64,000 nucleotides of DNA from Myxococcales bacterium (GCA_016794345.1 JAEUKE010000200.1:99037-163036); one strand, 5' to 3'. Counted from the stretch's first letter, positions 54,580 to 64,000 are shown. Notes: generated from the letters alone by a model not told the origin. Translations and numbers: made by a program.

Positions 54580-55716
54580 ATGCACGCCTTTCCTCCGCGC
54601 GCCCGCCTGCCCCTGCCCTCCTCCCTGGTCCTCGCCGTCGCGCTGATCGCACCCGCTTGCGGCGAGACCGCCCCGACTTCTTCGACCTCCTCCGCCGCCA
54701 CTTCCGCCGCAGCCCGCTCGAGCGCGAGCGCGAGCGCGAGCGCGTCGAGCTCGACGTCCGCGGCGGTGGCTCGCCCGCCGGCCGGATCGGTCCCGGCCGA
54801 GCTCCGCGCCAAGCTCGACGCCGGCGCGTCGTGCAAGTGGAACGAAGAGGGCTTGATGCAGGCGTGCGCGGCCGACGAGCCGCTGAAGAGCTACGTCGAG
54901 TCGAACCGCTCGCCGGCGACGCTCGAAGGGTGTTTGTCGGCGGTGAGCGACGAGGCGCCGGCAATTCGAGTCATGGCGGCGGCGTGCCTGTACGACTACT
55001 ACTTCGGAATCAGCGATCTGGACGCCAAGCCCACCGCCGGGAAGGTGTTCGAGGTGGTCCTGCCGGCGATCGAACGAGAGACGTCGCCGGGCGTACGCGC
55101 CGCCCTGGGCACCGCGATCTGGCAACGCGACGCGGCCTCGGTCGGGAAGACCGACGCGGTGATCTCGACGCTGCAGAAGCTCGACCCCGCCAAAGACGGT
55201 CGCGCGATGTCGTTTCTGGTGGCGAGCCTCTACCATTTCGGGATGACCGAGGAGCCGCCCAAGGGTGTGCTCGACCTGGCGGCCGGCTACGCCGCGTCGC
55301 CGAGCGCTTCCTTGCGGCAGGACGCCTACGCCCTCATGGGGTACGCCCCCACACGCGCCGAGGTGTTCTGTCCGCTCCTGCGCAGAGCCGTCGAGCAAGA
55401 CGCCGAAAAATGGACCGACGCGCTCTCCGCGCTGAACGGGCTAGGCAAGGCCTGTGAAAAGGAGGCGGAGGCGGTCCATGCCGCGATCCTCGGGCGACTC
55501 GAGCGCGCCGCCGATCCTGCGCACCAGTCGGCCGACGAGATCTCGAGCTGGGGGGAGCTCCGCTCCTACGTGGGCTCGGACCTGAGGACGCCCGCGCAAC
55601 GCGACGCGGTCGCGAAGGCCGCCGACAAGATCGCCAAGGGCACGAAGACCTCGGCGTCACACAAGAAATACGCGACGAGCCTCGCTGACGACGCTCGCGG
55701 AAAGAAGGCGAAGTAA
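54580..55716 (+). CDS. Lipoprotein, helical-repeat (HEAT-like), unknown function
   Basis: Signal peptide with IAPAC, then a Ser/Ala-rich linker and an all-helical composition. Confidence 0.7.
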   Translation: MHAFPPRARLPLPSSLVLAVALIAPACGETAPTSSTSSAATSAAARSSASASASASSSTSAAVARPPAGSVPAELRAKLDAGASCKWNEEGLMQACAADEPLKSYVESNRSPATLEGCLSAVSDEAPAIRVMAAACLYDYYFGISDLDAKPTAGKVFEVVLPAIERETSPGVRAALGTAIWQRDAASVGKTDAVISTLQKLDPAKDGRAMSFLVASLYHFGMTEEPPKGVLDLAAGYAASPSASLRQDAYALMGYAPTRAEVFCPLLRRAVEQDAEKWTDALSALNGLGKACEKEAEAVHAAILGRLERAADPAHQSADEISSWGELRSYVGSDLRTPAQRDAVAKAADKIAKGTKTSASHKKYATSLADDARGKKAK

Positions 55717-55763
55717 CCGAGCCGCGCCCCCCGCGCGGCTCGATCTGCCTCACCGCGGCCGCT

Positions 55764-57770
55764 TCACTGCGGCGGCGGCTCGCTGCAGAAGCCGTTGATG
55801 CAGGAGGCCGTCATGTCGCAGCAGTCCGAGTCCTCCACGCAAGCGTTGCCCGTCTGCGAGCACCCGTTCGGGTCGGGGTTCTCGCAGATGCCGTTGTCGC
55901 AGTTCTGGTTGCAGCACTGCGAGCCGGTCTCACAAGCTTCGCCTTCTTGCTTGCAGGGCTCGAGGGCCCAGAAGCCGCGCATGTTCCAGGTTGCGATATC
56001 CTGACCGGGAACGCGGAAGGCCGGGTGGCTCGGGTCCTGACCGGGCTGCGGGTTCTGATCGATCGCCGCGACCCAGAGCTGCTTCGTGTTGCCCGCGGAG
56101 TCGGTGAGCCGGTTGCCGTACGTGCGGCGCGACGTGAAGACGACCCACGCGTAGCCGCCCGCGTTCAGCGGCGCGAACGTGGGCTCGTAGTCGATGTTCC
56201 GATCGCGATCGCCCGCCGCAAACGGGTAGTCGTCGCCGTTCGCCTGACGGAGGCGGACCTCGACGCCGGGCTGCTCCGAGCTGGCGAGGTAGAGGGAGCC
56301 GGGGCCGGTGCGGGTGTCGAGCGAGCCGGGGTACGAGCCGCGGTGGTAGACGATCCATTTCGCGTCTGGCGACACGCTGGGGAAGGCGATGCAGTTGAGG
56401 GCCGGGTCCCCGCCGGCGTCCACAAGCGACGTGGGGCTCGAGGCCATCTTCGTCACCGGATCCCATGCGTAGACGCCGAGCCCGTGCGTCGCGTGATCGA
56501 CGTAGGCGATCCGCGAGCCGTCCGGCGCGAACGCGGGCATGTCGAGGAAGACGCCGTCGAGCCCGAGGCCGGTGAGCTTCGCGCCCGTCTGCGCGTCCCA
56601 CATGCCGTCGCTCCCGCCAGGAGGGCCGGGCAGCGCCGCGTTGTTCTCGATGAGCGTCGAGCCGTCGGGCGAGATGGCCGGCATGGCCCAGTTGCGGACG
56701 GGCTTGCCCACGCTCGTCGTCGACATGACGGGAGCGTTATTGAGCAGATCGAAGGTGGAGGTGCTCACGTCTCCCCCGAGGATGAGCGTCGAGCCGTTTG
56801 CGGACACCGAGTGGCACGTGCTGCACGCATCGGTCACGCCCGCGGCGGCGAGGAAGTCCTCGGGGGCGCCCGCGCCGGGGTTGATGCGCATCACGCGGCC
56901 GATGTTGTTGGCCCAGTAATAGACCGTGCCGCGGAGGCTGCCGTTGGCGATCGTCCAGTCGTGATCGATGACCGTCGTCGCGGCGGTCGCTCCGCTCGGC
57001 AAGCGGTTCACCTTGAAGTCCACCGTCCCGCCGTTTCCGCTCTCCGTGAGGGGTGTCCACACCGCCGGGTCGAGCTGGTGGCGCGCCGGCGGGTCCGCGA
57101 CGGCGAACACGTCGAGCTCCGTGAAGGGGCCCTGCAGGTGGACCCAATATTTGTCGCCTGCGCCGCCGCCGTTCCACATCAGCTCCGGCGCGAGGATGCC
57201 CTTGGGGAAGACGGTTCCGTCATACGGGTAGGCCCAAACGACCGAGGCGTCCTGTCCGCCGGTCGGGTTCTTCAAGAGATCGATCTCGGCCTGGGAGAGG
57301 CCGCCCGGGTTGAGCGTCTTCTTGATGTTGACGGTGACCTGCGCCGTGGCGGTCGTGCCGTTGTATTGGGCCGACAGGGTGACGAGCCCGCCGACGTTCC
57401 CCGACGCCGAGACGATGCCCGTGCCGTCCACTCCCGCAACGCTGGACAGGTCGACGACCCAACCGCCAGGCTGGACCTCCTGGCCGTTGTAGGTTGCGTT
57501 GAAGTCCACCGGGGACGCGACGCCGTCGATGACGTCGATCGTCGCGCTCGGCGGCACGATCTGGAGCTGCCCGGTGTTCCCACCTTGGTTGCAGGTGAAA
57601 CCACAGTCACCGCCGCCCGCGCCGCCGCTGCCGCTCGCGTTCGCCCCGGCTCCGCTGCCATCCGATCCAGTCGTCGCCTCCCCTCCCCCGCAGCCTTGGG
57701 TTAACGGGAACGCTGCAGCCAGGGCGAGCGTGGTGAACAGGATCGTGCCGGCGCGTCGCGCGTTCTGCAT
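55764..57770 (-). CDS. Secreted TolB-like beta-propeller protein with CxxCH motif and C-terminal Cys-rich knot modules
   Basis: ATG at 57770 gives a signal peptide with TQGC. PD40-like ISPDGSTLI, FAPDGSRIAYV, VSPDAKWIVY. CSTCHS. Tail CETGSQCCNQNCDNGIC..CVEDSDCCDMTASCINGFC. Confidence 0.85.
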   Translation of the reverse strand: MQNARRAGTILFTTLALAAAFPLTQGCGGGEATTGSDGSGAGANASGSGGAGGGDCGFTCNQGGNTGQLQIVPPSATIDVIDGVASPVDFNATYNGQEVQPGGWVVDLSSVAGVDGTGIVSASGNVGGLVTLSAQYNGTTATAQVTVNIKKTLNPGGLSQAEIDLLKNPTGGQDASVVWAYPYDGTVFPKGILAPELMWNGGGAGDKYWVHLQGPFTELDVFAVADPPARHQLDPAVWTPLTESGNGGTVDFKVNRLPSGATAATTVIDHDWTIANGSLRGTVYYWANNIGRVMRINPGAGAPEDFLAAAGVTDACSTCHSVSANGSTLILGGDVSTSTFDLLNNAPVMSTTSVGKPVRNWAMPAISPDGSTLIENNAALPGPPGGSDGMWDAQTGAKLTGLGLDGVFLDMPAFAPDGSRIAYVDHATHGLGVYAWDPVTKMASSPTSLVDAGGDPALNCIAFPSVSPDAKWIVYHRGSYPGSLDTRTGPGSLYLASSEQPGVEVRLRQANGDDYPFAAGDRDRNIDYEPTFAPLNAGGYAWVVFTSRRTYGNRLTDSAGNTKQLWVAAIDQNPQPGQDPSHPAFRVPGQDIATWNMRGFWALEPCKQEGEACETGSQCCNQNCDNGICENPDPNGCSQTGNACVEDSDCCDMTASCINGFCSEPPPQ

Positions 57771-57840
57771 GGGGGCCTCCAGGGCGGCTCTCGCGCGGGG
57801 CGCGAGAGCGAGGAAGAGGGTCCCAGTATATCCCTCGCGG

Positions 57841-59547
57841 TCACTTCCGAGAAGCCGCGACGGCCGAGCGCACGATCGATGGAGGCAAGGCATCGATCCG
57901 CGCGCGTCGTAGCGCCGACTCGATCTTGTCACGCGAAGCGACGGCGGGCCCGCGGCTGGTCAGACCCATCTGCTCCGGCCTGCTCGCGACGAAGCTACGG
58001 TTCCGGATGTAGGTGGAGTCACCGCCGGGCGTGGACGGGATGAAGGTCAGGTCGAGCTGCGTCCCTTCGATGAAGACGACGAAGATCTCGCTCGAGACAG
58101 GCACGAGGATGGGATCGACGTCGTAGCCCGCCGCGTCCAGCGCCGGCATGGAGACGTGGAGGTCGCCGCCCTCCTCCGTGATGATGACATCCCCGATATT
58201 GTAGGGGTCCGAGTAGGTCCCCACGTGGCGGCCGAACGTCGCAGGGTCGATCTCGTACTCGGGTGCCGCCGTCGGCGCCGGCAGGTCGACGAGGGTCTCC
58301 AGCGCGACGTCCACGCTGTGGGAGAAGTCGGTTCCGAAGGCGCTGCTCGTGATCACGATGGCGAACTCCTGATCCGGCAGGATGGTGAGCGAGTTGGTGA
58401 ACGAGAGCGTGTTGCCGCCGTGCTCCCAGACGCGCACCGGATACCAGGTCTCGTCGTTCGTCAGGTAGCCGCGCCAGACCATCATCCCGTAGCCGTAGTG
58501 GAGGTTGCCGCCCAAGAAGCCGGTGTCGACCTGCTCGCTCGTGATCTCGGAGCGCAGCGCCTCGCCGAGGACTGCGTCGTCACCTTCGATGAGGAACTTC
58601 GACCACGTCGCCATCTGGCTCGGCGTCGTCCACGCGAGCCCCGCGGGTCGCACCCAGGCGGAGTCTCCCATCTGGCCCATGGAGACCTCGCCTGGGGTGT
58701 TGTCTCCCACCCCGACGAGGCCATACGAGAGCGCGTAGTCGCCGTCCGCCTCGACCTCCGACTTGCGGAGGAAGGTGCGGTCCATGCCGAGCGGAACGAA
58801 GATGTCCTCCCGCATGATGTCGGGCCACGCGCGCGTGTCGAGCTCCTCCGTGATCAGGCCCGCCACCGAGAAGTTCGGGTTCGAGTAGTTCCAGAACACC
58901 CCGGGTGGGTTCATCAAGTAGATGCTCTCGGCGAAGTCGCCGTACGTGAAGGACGCGAGCCGCGCATCGTCGCTCAGCTGGTTCCACTCCGTGTAGTCGT
59001 AGAAGCCGCCCTGGTGGCTGATGAGGTGGCGCACGAGGATCTGGTCGTCCCACGTCGGGTCGAGCGCGAAGTCGAGCATCGGCAGGAGCGACTCGAGATC
59101 GTCGTCGAGGGAGAGTGATCCCGACTCGACCTTCTGCAGGACGGCCGCGGCGGTCATCTGCTTGGTGGTCGACCCGATCTGCATCAGGGTGTGAGGCGTC
59201 AGCGGCTGTGTCCCTGCCTGGTCCTTGGAGCCGAAGGCCTGCGCGAAGGTGATCTCTCCCTTCTCGAGCACGGCGACGGAGACGCCGAACGCGCCGCTCT
59301 CCGCGAGGTCTTCCTCGAGCGCCGCGACGAGCGGATCGAACCGCGCGTCCCACCCGCCCGTGCCGGAGGTCGTCGTCGAGCCGCCCGCCCCCGAGGCGCC
59401 CTCCCCGTTTGCGCCGCCGGCGCCCGAGCCGGCGCCGCCCCCGCCGCTCGCGGTCTCGTCGTCGTCACAAGCGACGACGCAGGTGGAGATCAGCGCAGTG
59501 AAGAGCAAAGGAACGAGCGCGGAGTCGATTCGAACGGGGGTCTTCAT
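57841..59547 (-). CDS. Serine hydrolase, beta-lactamase/PBP (class C-like) family lipoprotein
   Basis: ATG at 59547 gives a signal peptide with VVAC. IGSTTKQMTAAAV is an SxxK motif. Confidence 0.9.
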   Translation of the reverse strand: MKTPVRIDSALVPLLFTALISTCVVACDDDETASGGGGAGSGAGGANGEGASGAGGSTTTSGTGGWDARFDPLVAALEEDLAESGAFGVSVAVLEKGEITFAQAFGSKDQAGTQPLTPHTLMQIGSTTKQMTAAAVLQKVESGSLSLDDDLESLLPMLDFALDPTWDDQILVRHLISHQGGFYDYTEWNQLSDDARLASFTYGDFAESIYLMNPPGVFWNYSNPNFSVAGLITEELDTRAWPDIMREDIFVPLGMDRTFLRKSEVEADGDYALSYGLVGVGDNTPGEVSMGQMGDSAWVRPAGLAWTTPSQMATWSKFLIEGDDAVLGEALRSEITSEQVDTGFLGGNLHYGYGMMVWRGYLTNDETWYPVRVWEHGGNTLSFTNSLTILPDQEFAIVITSSAFGTDFSHSVDVALETLVDLPAPTAAPEYEIDPATFGRHVGTYSDPYNIGDVIITEEGGDLHVSMPALDAAGYDVDPILVPVSSEIFVVFIEGTQLDLTFIPSTPGGDSTYIRNRSFVASRPEQMGLTSRGPAVASRDKIESALRRARIDALPPSIVRSAVAASRK

Positions 59548-59720
59548 GCGCGGCCTTTCGCAGACGTGCCTGCTCTTCTTTCGAACACTTGCCTGAAACG
59601 ACCGCGGAGCATCCGGCTTTTCGGGGATCGGCGATATCAAACTTCCTTCGATGCGCCGCTTGCACCCGCGCGAGGGTCCGCGTGAAGCCAACCTGTCTGG
59701 TATGCTCGCGCCTCGTCCCG

Positions 59721-60608
59721 ATGCCGTTCGTCGGTCGAACATTTGCACCGCGCGAGCTCGTCGGATGCCTGAAGAACCGGTCATGGCTGCACCCGCAGGT
59801 GCGGCTGTCGCGGATCACCCTGCGGGAGTTCGTCTGGAACCCGCTCCCAGGCCACCTTCCGGTCCAGCCCGCCGACGATCGCGTCTACGTGCACGTTGTC
59901 GTCCGCGGCCGCGCCCACCTGCTCCGCACGGGTGAGGTGCTCGAGGCCGGAGACGCGGTGATCGCGCGATCGTTCCGCGCGACGCTCGAGTCGGAGGCGC
60001 TCGCGATCGTCGGCGATCACGACGCGCTCGCCTTGCGCCTCGACGAAAGGCTCCTCGCGCCTCCGCCAGGGGCTCACGCCACGCTCGCCCTCCCGGTGCA
60101 GACGATTCGCGACCTCCACGACAGGTTCGGCGCGGCGCGCGCCGATCACGAGGCCGCGCAGGTCTGCGACGATCTCGTTGCGACCCTCCGCGCTGCCGGC
60201 GTGTCCTGCGAGTTGCCGGAGCGCGGACGGATGAGCACCGCTCGGGAAGGCGACGCGGCCCTGGCCGCGGGGCTGACCCGCGCCATGACGGTCGAGTCCA
60301 TGCGGCCCGGCTTCGACGACCTCCGCGCGGAGGGGCTCACGATGACCGATCGCCACCTGCGCCGTCGCGTCGGCGACTTCTTCCGCCGATTCGGGATGCC
60401 ATTCGGACGATGGCTGGAGATGCGCCAGTCCTTCTGCCTCACGACCGCCGCGCTGGCGATGTCCGCTCCACGAGCGCGCACCGACACGGTCGCGCGGGCG
60501 AGCGGGTTCGCGTCGCCGACGAGCCTCTGCCATGCGCTGCAGCGGACAGGGCTTGCGTCCCCGCAGGCGCTGGCTGCCGGAGCGCGGGAGCTCCGGCGCA
60601 ACCTCTGA
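59721..60608 (+). CDS. AraC-family transcriptional regulator
   Basis: C-terminal HTH pair ...VARASGFASPTSLCHALQRTGLASP. The start (ATG 59721) is uncertain. Confidence 0.8.
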   Translation: MPFVGRTFAPRELVGCLKNRSWLHPQVRLSRITLREFVWNPLPGHLPVQPADDRVYVHVVVRGRAHLLRTGEVLEAGDAVIARSFRATLESEALAIVGDHDALALRLDERLLAPPPGAHATLALPVQTIRDLHDRFGAARADHEAAQVCDDLVATLRAAGVSCELPERGRMSTAREGDAALAAGLTRAMTVESMRPGFDDLRAEGLTMTDRHLRRRVGDFFRRFGMPFGRWLEMRQSFCLTTAALAMSAPRARTDTVARASGFASPTSLCHALQRTGLASPQALAAGARELRRNL

Positions 60609-60676
60609 TGCCTCACGACGGACGCGCGCCCCAAACACCGAATCGGCACGTTTCGTCTTTGGTGTAGGCTCGATGC

Positions 60677-61807
60677 GTGAGAATCACGCTTGCGGTCGCC
60701 ATCCTCCCGGCGCTCGGCCTTCTCTTTCTCTTCAAGAAGTGGGACGAGAAGCGGCCCGAGCCTCCCGGGATGATCCGCAACGCGGTCATCTTCGGCGCGC
60801 TCTCCTGCATCCCGGCCGCGATCATCGAGCTCGTCCTGATGGCCGTGCTCGGCGAGGCGGTGGTGAACGCGCAGGGCGGGCTGGTCAACGGCGTCGTCGT
60901 CGCAGCCATGACGGAGGAGGCGCTCAAGCTCTCGGTCGTGATGCTGTTCTTCTACAGGCGCCAGGAGTTCAACGAGACGATGGACGGCATCCTCTACACG
61001 GCGGCCGCCAGCCTCGGCTTCGCCCTGCTCGAGAACGTCCTCTACGCCGGCGGCAACCTGGTGGTGGGCCTCGCCCGAGCGATCAGCGCCGTCCCCCTCC
61101 ACGCGACGGCGTCGGGCCTGATGGGGTACTTCGTCGGCGTCGCGAAGATGCGCGGCGGCGCCTTCTCGCGGATCTCGCTCGGCTACTTCGTGGCGGTGCT
61201 CATCCACGGCGTCTACGACTGGGCCGTCTTCAGCGGAGGCCGCTTCGGGTTCGGCACGGCCGAGCCGCTCCTCGGCTTCGCGCTCGCTGTCGGAATCGTC
61301 ATCGTCGCCGCGATCGCGCTCCGGGTGGCCGTGAAGCGCGCCCTCGCGGCGGACGACGAGGCGCTCGGCCATCACGCGCGACCGGTCGCCGTGGTGGTCC
61401 CGCAGGTCTGGCCGCAGGCCCAACCTCACGCTGTCTACGGCTACGGCGCGCCGGCTCCCTACGGAATGCATCAACCCTACGCGGGTCACGTCCCGGCGCC
61501 TCAGGCACAACACGGCGGGTGGCATCAGCCCGTCCCGCACCAATACGCGCACGCGCAGCCCCACGCGCACGCCCACGCGCCGCACGCGCAGCCGCATCAG
61601 CAGAATCCGCCGTATGCGCCGCCCCAGCAGGCCGGCGGGGCATACGCGCAGCAGCCCGCGCCGTACGCGCAACAGCAGCCCGCGCCGCCCGTGCAACAGC
61701 AGCCCTATCCCCAGCAAGGCCACGCCCAGCCGGCGCCGCAGCCGCCGGCGCAGCCTCAGCCCGGGTGGGGTCGTCCGCCGCAGGGCTGGAACGGTCAGGG
61801 CGGCTGA
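60677..61807 (+). CDS. PrsW-family intramembrane metalloprotease with 143-aa Gln/Pro/His-rich tail
   Basis: MTEEALKL, GFALLENVLY, HATASGLMGY, IHGVYD in TM helices. GTG start. Confidence 0.88.
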   Translation: MRITLAVAILPALGLLFLFKKWDEKRPEPPGMIRNAVIFGALSCIPAAIIELVLMAVLGEAVVNAQGGLVNGVVVAAMTEEALKLSVVMLFFYRRQEFNETMDGILYTAAASLGFALLENVLYAGGNLVVGLARAISAVPLHATASGLMGYFVGVAKMRGGAFSRISLGYFVAVLIHGVYDWAVFSGGRFGFGTAEPLLGFALAVGIVIVAAIALRVAVKRALAADDEALGHHARPVAVVVPQVWPQAQPHAVYGYGAPAPYGMHQPYAGHVPAPQAQHGGWHQPVPHQYAHAQPHAHAHAPHAQPHQQNPPYAPPQQAGGAYAQQPAPYAQQQPAPPVQQQPYPQQGHAQPAPQPPAQPQPGWGRPPQGWNGQGG

Positions 61808-63031
61808 TCAGGCCGGCGGGCGCGAGCCAAGGATGAGCACGTTCGAGAACGGCGTCTTCCCCCACGCCGGCTCGACTCGCGTCTCCAGCCCCTCCGACTC
61901 GAGCACCGCCGCGATTTCGCGAGACGGTCGGAACTTCACGCGCTCGCCTCGGTTGAACCGGAGCGCCGTGAACACCTTCTCCTCGAGGAGGGTCGCAAAG
62001 CTCCGCCAGCCGCGCTCCGTGTCGGCCTCGCGCACGACGAGCCGGCCCCCGGGACGGACTGCGCGCGCTGCGCGCCGCAAGATCGCGTCTTGCTCCTCGA
62101 TTGTGAAGTAGTGGACGAGGTCGATCAGCAACACCGTGTCGGCCTCTTCGAGGGGCGTCGTGCGGGCGTCGCCCTGCGCGAGCTCGACTCGCAGCGCCGG
62201 GTCGCGTTTGGCTGCCTTCTGCCCTTCGACGATCTTCGCCTCGTCCCAATCGAACCCGCGGGCGCCGTGCGCGCGTCCGAGCTCCGCGAGGAGGATGGGC
62301 AGCTGTCCTCTCCCCGTCCCGATGTCCAACACCTCGCCGAGCGCGCCGGGGCCGTCTCCCGCCACGTCGGCGATGAGTCGGGCGACCGGATCGAGCACGA
62401 GCTTGATGCGAACGTAGTGGAAGTGCGTCTGCGCCGAGGCGGCGCGATCGCTCGGGTCCGCGTAACGACGCGCCACCCGCTCCGCGGCGACGACCCACGG
62501 CGGCGCGCTGGGCGGCAACGCATAGACGGGCCGCGACCCAGGCCCGACGAGGCGCCGCTTCGTGAGCGTCAGCACCCAGGCCGAGAGACCGAGCGTGACG
62601 GCCGCGCCCAGACCGACGACCGGCGAGCCCACGACGAGGTACCGCGGAAACGAGGCGAGCGCGTTCGCCATGTCGAGGCGGGATTCCATGTCGGGCAAAC
62701 GTCCGTCGAGGATCAGTGCGCCGACCTGGACCTGACCGGCGAAGAGAAACGGGGCGAAGAACGGGTTCGAGATGTTCGCGGCGACGTACGCGAGCGCCCC
62801 ATCGAGGCGCAGCCGCAGACTCAGAACGAGGACGATGGGCAGGTGCAGTCCGAAGATCGGGAGGCATCCGATGAACGCTCCCATCGCGACGGAAGCGGCG
62901 ACGCGGCCCGCGGAAAGCTCACCGCCACGCAGGTCACACCACACCCTCCGCAGCTCTTCTTTCCAGAAGGAAAAGGGCTTGCCGCTGGGCGGGGGCGCGA
63001 CCGAGGCAGGTTCGACCGTCTTGGACACCAA
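61808..63031 (-). CDS. Fusion of DUF2062 membrane domain and class I SAM-dependent methyltransferase
   Basis: N-terminus GAFIGCLPIFGLHLPIVLVLSL..ISNPFFAPFLF. C-terminus VLDIGTGRGQL (motif I) and LLIDLVHY. TTG or GTG start. Confidence 0.85.
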   Translation of the reverse strand: MVSKTVEPASVAPPPSGKPFSFWKEELRRVWCDLRGGELSAGRVAASVAMGAFIGCLPIFGLHLPIVLVLSLRLRLDGALAYVAANISNPFFAPFLFAGQVQVGALILDGRLPDMESRLDMANALASFPRYLVVGSPVVGLGAAVTLGLSAWVLTLTKRRLVGPGSRPVYALPPSAPPWVVAAERVARRYADPSDRAASAQTHFHYVRIKLVLDPVARLIADVAGDGPGALGEVLDIGTGRGQLPILLAELGRAHGARGFDWDEAKIVEGQKAAKRDPALRVELAQGDARTTPLEEADTVLLIDLVHYFTIEEQDAILRRAARAVRPGGRLVVREADTERGWRSFATLLEEKVFTALRFNRGERVKFRPSREIAAVLESEGLETRVEPAWGKTPFSNVLILGSRPPA

Positions 63032-63102
63032 GCGGCCCTCACCCTAGTCCCACATCGGCGCCACCGCGAGCCCTCTTGCGAAACGCGCTCGACTCTCGAA
63101 GA

Positions 63103-63552
63103 ATGTTCGACATGGAAGCACGACGGGCGAATCTGCTCCTGTTGGCCGTCACGCTTCCCATCGTGACGACCATCACGGGTTGTGTGGGCGGCCAGGTTCG
63201 CGCCGGCATCGGCAGCTACGAGGCCGGCAACTACAACCGGACGGCGCTCCACTGCGACGAGATGGCGGACGAAGAGGACGACATGAACGACAAGGCGCAC
63301 GTGCGCTACCTCGTCTATTGCGGCCTCACCAAGTACCGCCTCGGTCACCGCGCCGAAGCCCAGCGGATGCTCGCGCTCGGCAGCGAGGAGTACACGCAGG
63401 GCAGCTCGCGTTGGCTGAAGCCGGCGATCGTGGACGAGATGATGAAGGCCCTCGACGATCTCGAAGGCCGCACCCCGCCCGTACCGCAATCCGAGACCTC
63501 GCCCGTCGTGTCCGGCGGTCTCGACGAAGCGGTCGGGCCCGAGCCGCTCTGA
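63103..63552 (+). CDS. Lipoprotein, TPR-like single repeat, unknown function
   Basis: MFDMEARRANLLLLAVTLPIVTTITGC signal peptide plus lipobox. Alternative starts at 63076 and 63112. Confidence 0.65.
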   Translation: MFDMEARRANLLLLAVTLPIVTTITGCVGGQVRAGIGSYEAGNYNRTALHCDEMADEEDDMNDKAHVRYLVYCGLTKYRLGHRAEAQRMLALGSEEYTQGSSRWLKPAIVDEMMKALDDLEGRTPPVPQSETSPVVSGGLDEAVGPEPL

Positions 63553-63628
63553 GCCGTCGCCTCCTCCGCGCGACACGCAAGCCGCGTTGGGGCTTGCAGG
63601 CCGCTGACTATCGAGCGAGCGTCGCGTC

Positions 63629-64000
63629 GTGCGCTCGCTTCATCGGTGGGTTTCCTTGCTCCTCCTCGCCCTCGGCGCGTGCTCGGACGACGCCGGCAGC
63701 GGCGCGGGCGGTGACGCGGGCACGGGGGGTGCCGGTGCCTCCGCTTCGGGCGGAGGCGGATCGACCGCGAGCACGACCGCGATCGCGACCGGAAGCGGAG
63801 GCGAAGGCGGCGCGGGCGGCTCGATCCCGATGGGCCCGCCCTGCGTCGCAAACGGGTACGACGGCGTCTGCGTCGAGACCAGCGACTGTGTGCTCCCGGG
63901 CTGGGCGCCGATCCCGGGCTTCTGTGATGGTCCGGCGGAGGTGCAGTGTTGCGTGGAGCTGCCCGAGGGCACGTGTGATCCCTCCGCGCATCCGCTACCC
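63629..64000 (+). CDS. Lipoprotein with Gly/Ser linker and Cys-rich module (5' partial, runs off the window)
   Basis: My own translation gives GTG VRSLHRWVSLLLLALGAC, then a G/S/A linker, then CVANGYDGVCVETSDCVLPGWAPIPGFCDGPAEVQCC. No stop before 64000. Not in the supplied ORF track. Confidence 0.6.
   Translation, partial: MRSLHRWVSLLLLALGACSDDAGSGAGGDAGTGGAGASASGGGGSTASTTAIATGSGGEGGAGGSIPMGPPCVANGYDGVCVETSDCVLPGWAPIPGFCDGPAEVQCCVELPEGTCDPSAHPLP

Overview
The window is very GC-rich (about 70% by eye, not computed), densely coding chromosomal DNA. I infer a Myxococcota origin, probably Polyangia/Sorangium-like. The evidence is a CGDG-EECDDGN cysteine-rich repeat protein, many lipoproteins, PEGA/FHA/Ser-Thr-kinase/sigma-54 signalling genes, and frequent 4-nt start/stop overlaps. 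I call about 55 CDSs. I recognised no rRNA, tRNA, CRISPR array, transposase or integrase, so this is core or accessory chromosome rather than a mobile island.

Secure housekeeping calls are uppP, asnS, a SpoU-type methyltransferase, a patatin lipase, a crotonase, DedA, a DPP-IV type S9 peptidase and a B12-radical SAM enzyme.

The best candidate for an undescribed system is a minus-strand cassette at 9505-14520. It encodes an ACP, a ketosynthase with a cis-fused CLF-like half, an exported lipoprotein (tentatively LolA/LolB-like) and a second KS-CLF fusion. All three junctions are start/stop overlaps, and the operon has no tailoring or loading enzymes.

The second candidate is a regulatory module at 31540-35021. 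A MoxR ATPase is ATGA-coupled to an FHA/sigma-54 activator. A decayed gene remnant follows, then a perfect sigma-54 promoter (TGGCAC-N5-TTGCT) with phased direct repeats, which drives a small secreted Lys/Glu-rich protein.

Other notable loci:
- a five-gene H-NOX (NO-sensor) / kinase / REC-HDOD / REC / REC-EAL operon
- a multidomain secreted lysyl-oxidase homologue
- an FGE-like lipoprotein / PEGA kinase / FHA-sigma-54 activator operon
- a MocR regulator divergent from a PNPOx-GNAT fusion plus a PLP decarboxylase
- a DUF1592/DUF1552 pair
- a bacterial C2-PDZ lipoprotein

All domain calls come from motif recognition by eye, with no searches run. Many start codons in this GC-rich DNA are uncertain by tens of nucleotides.
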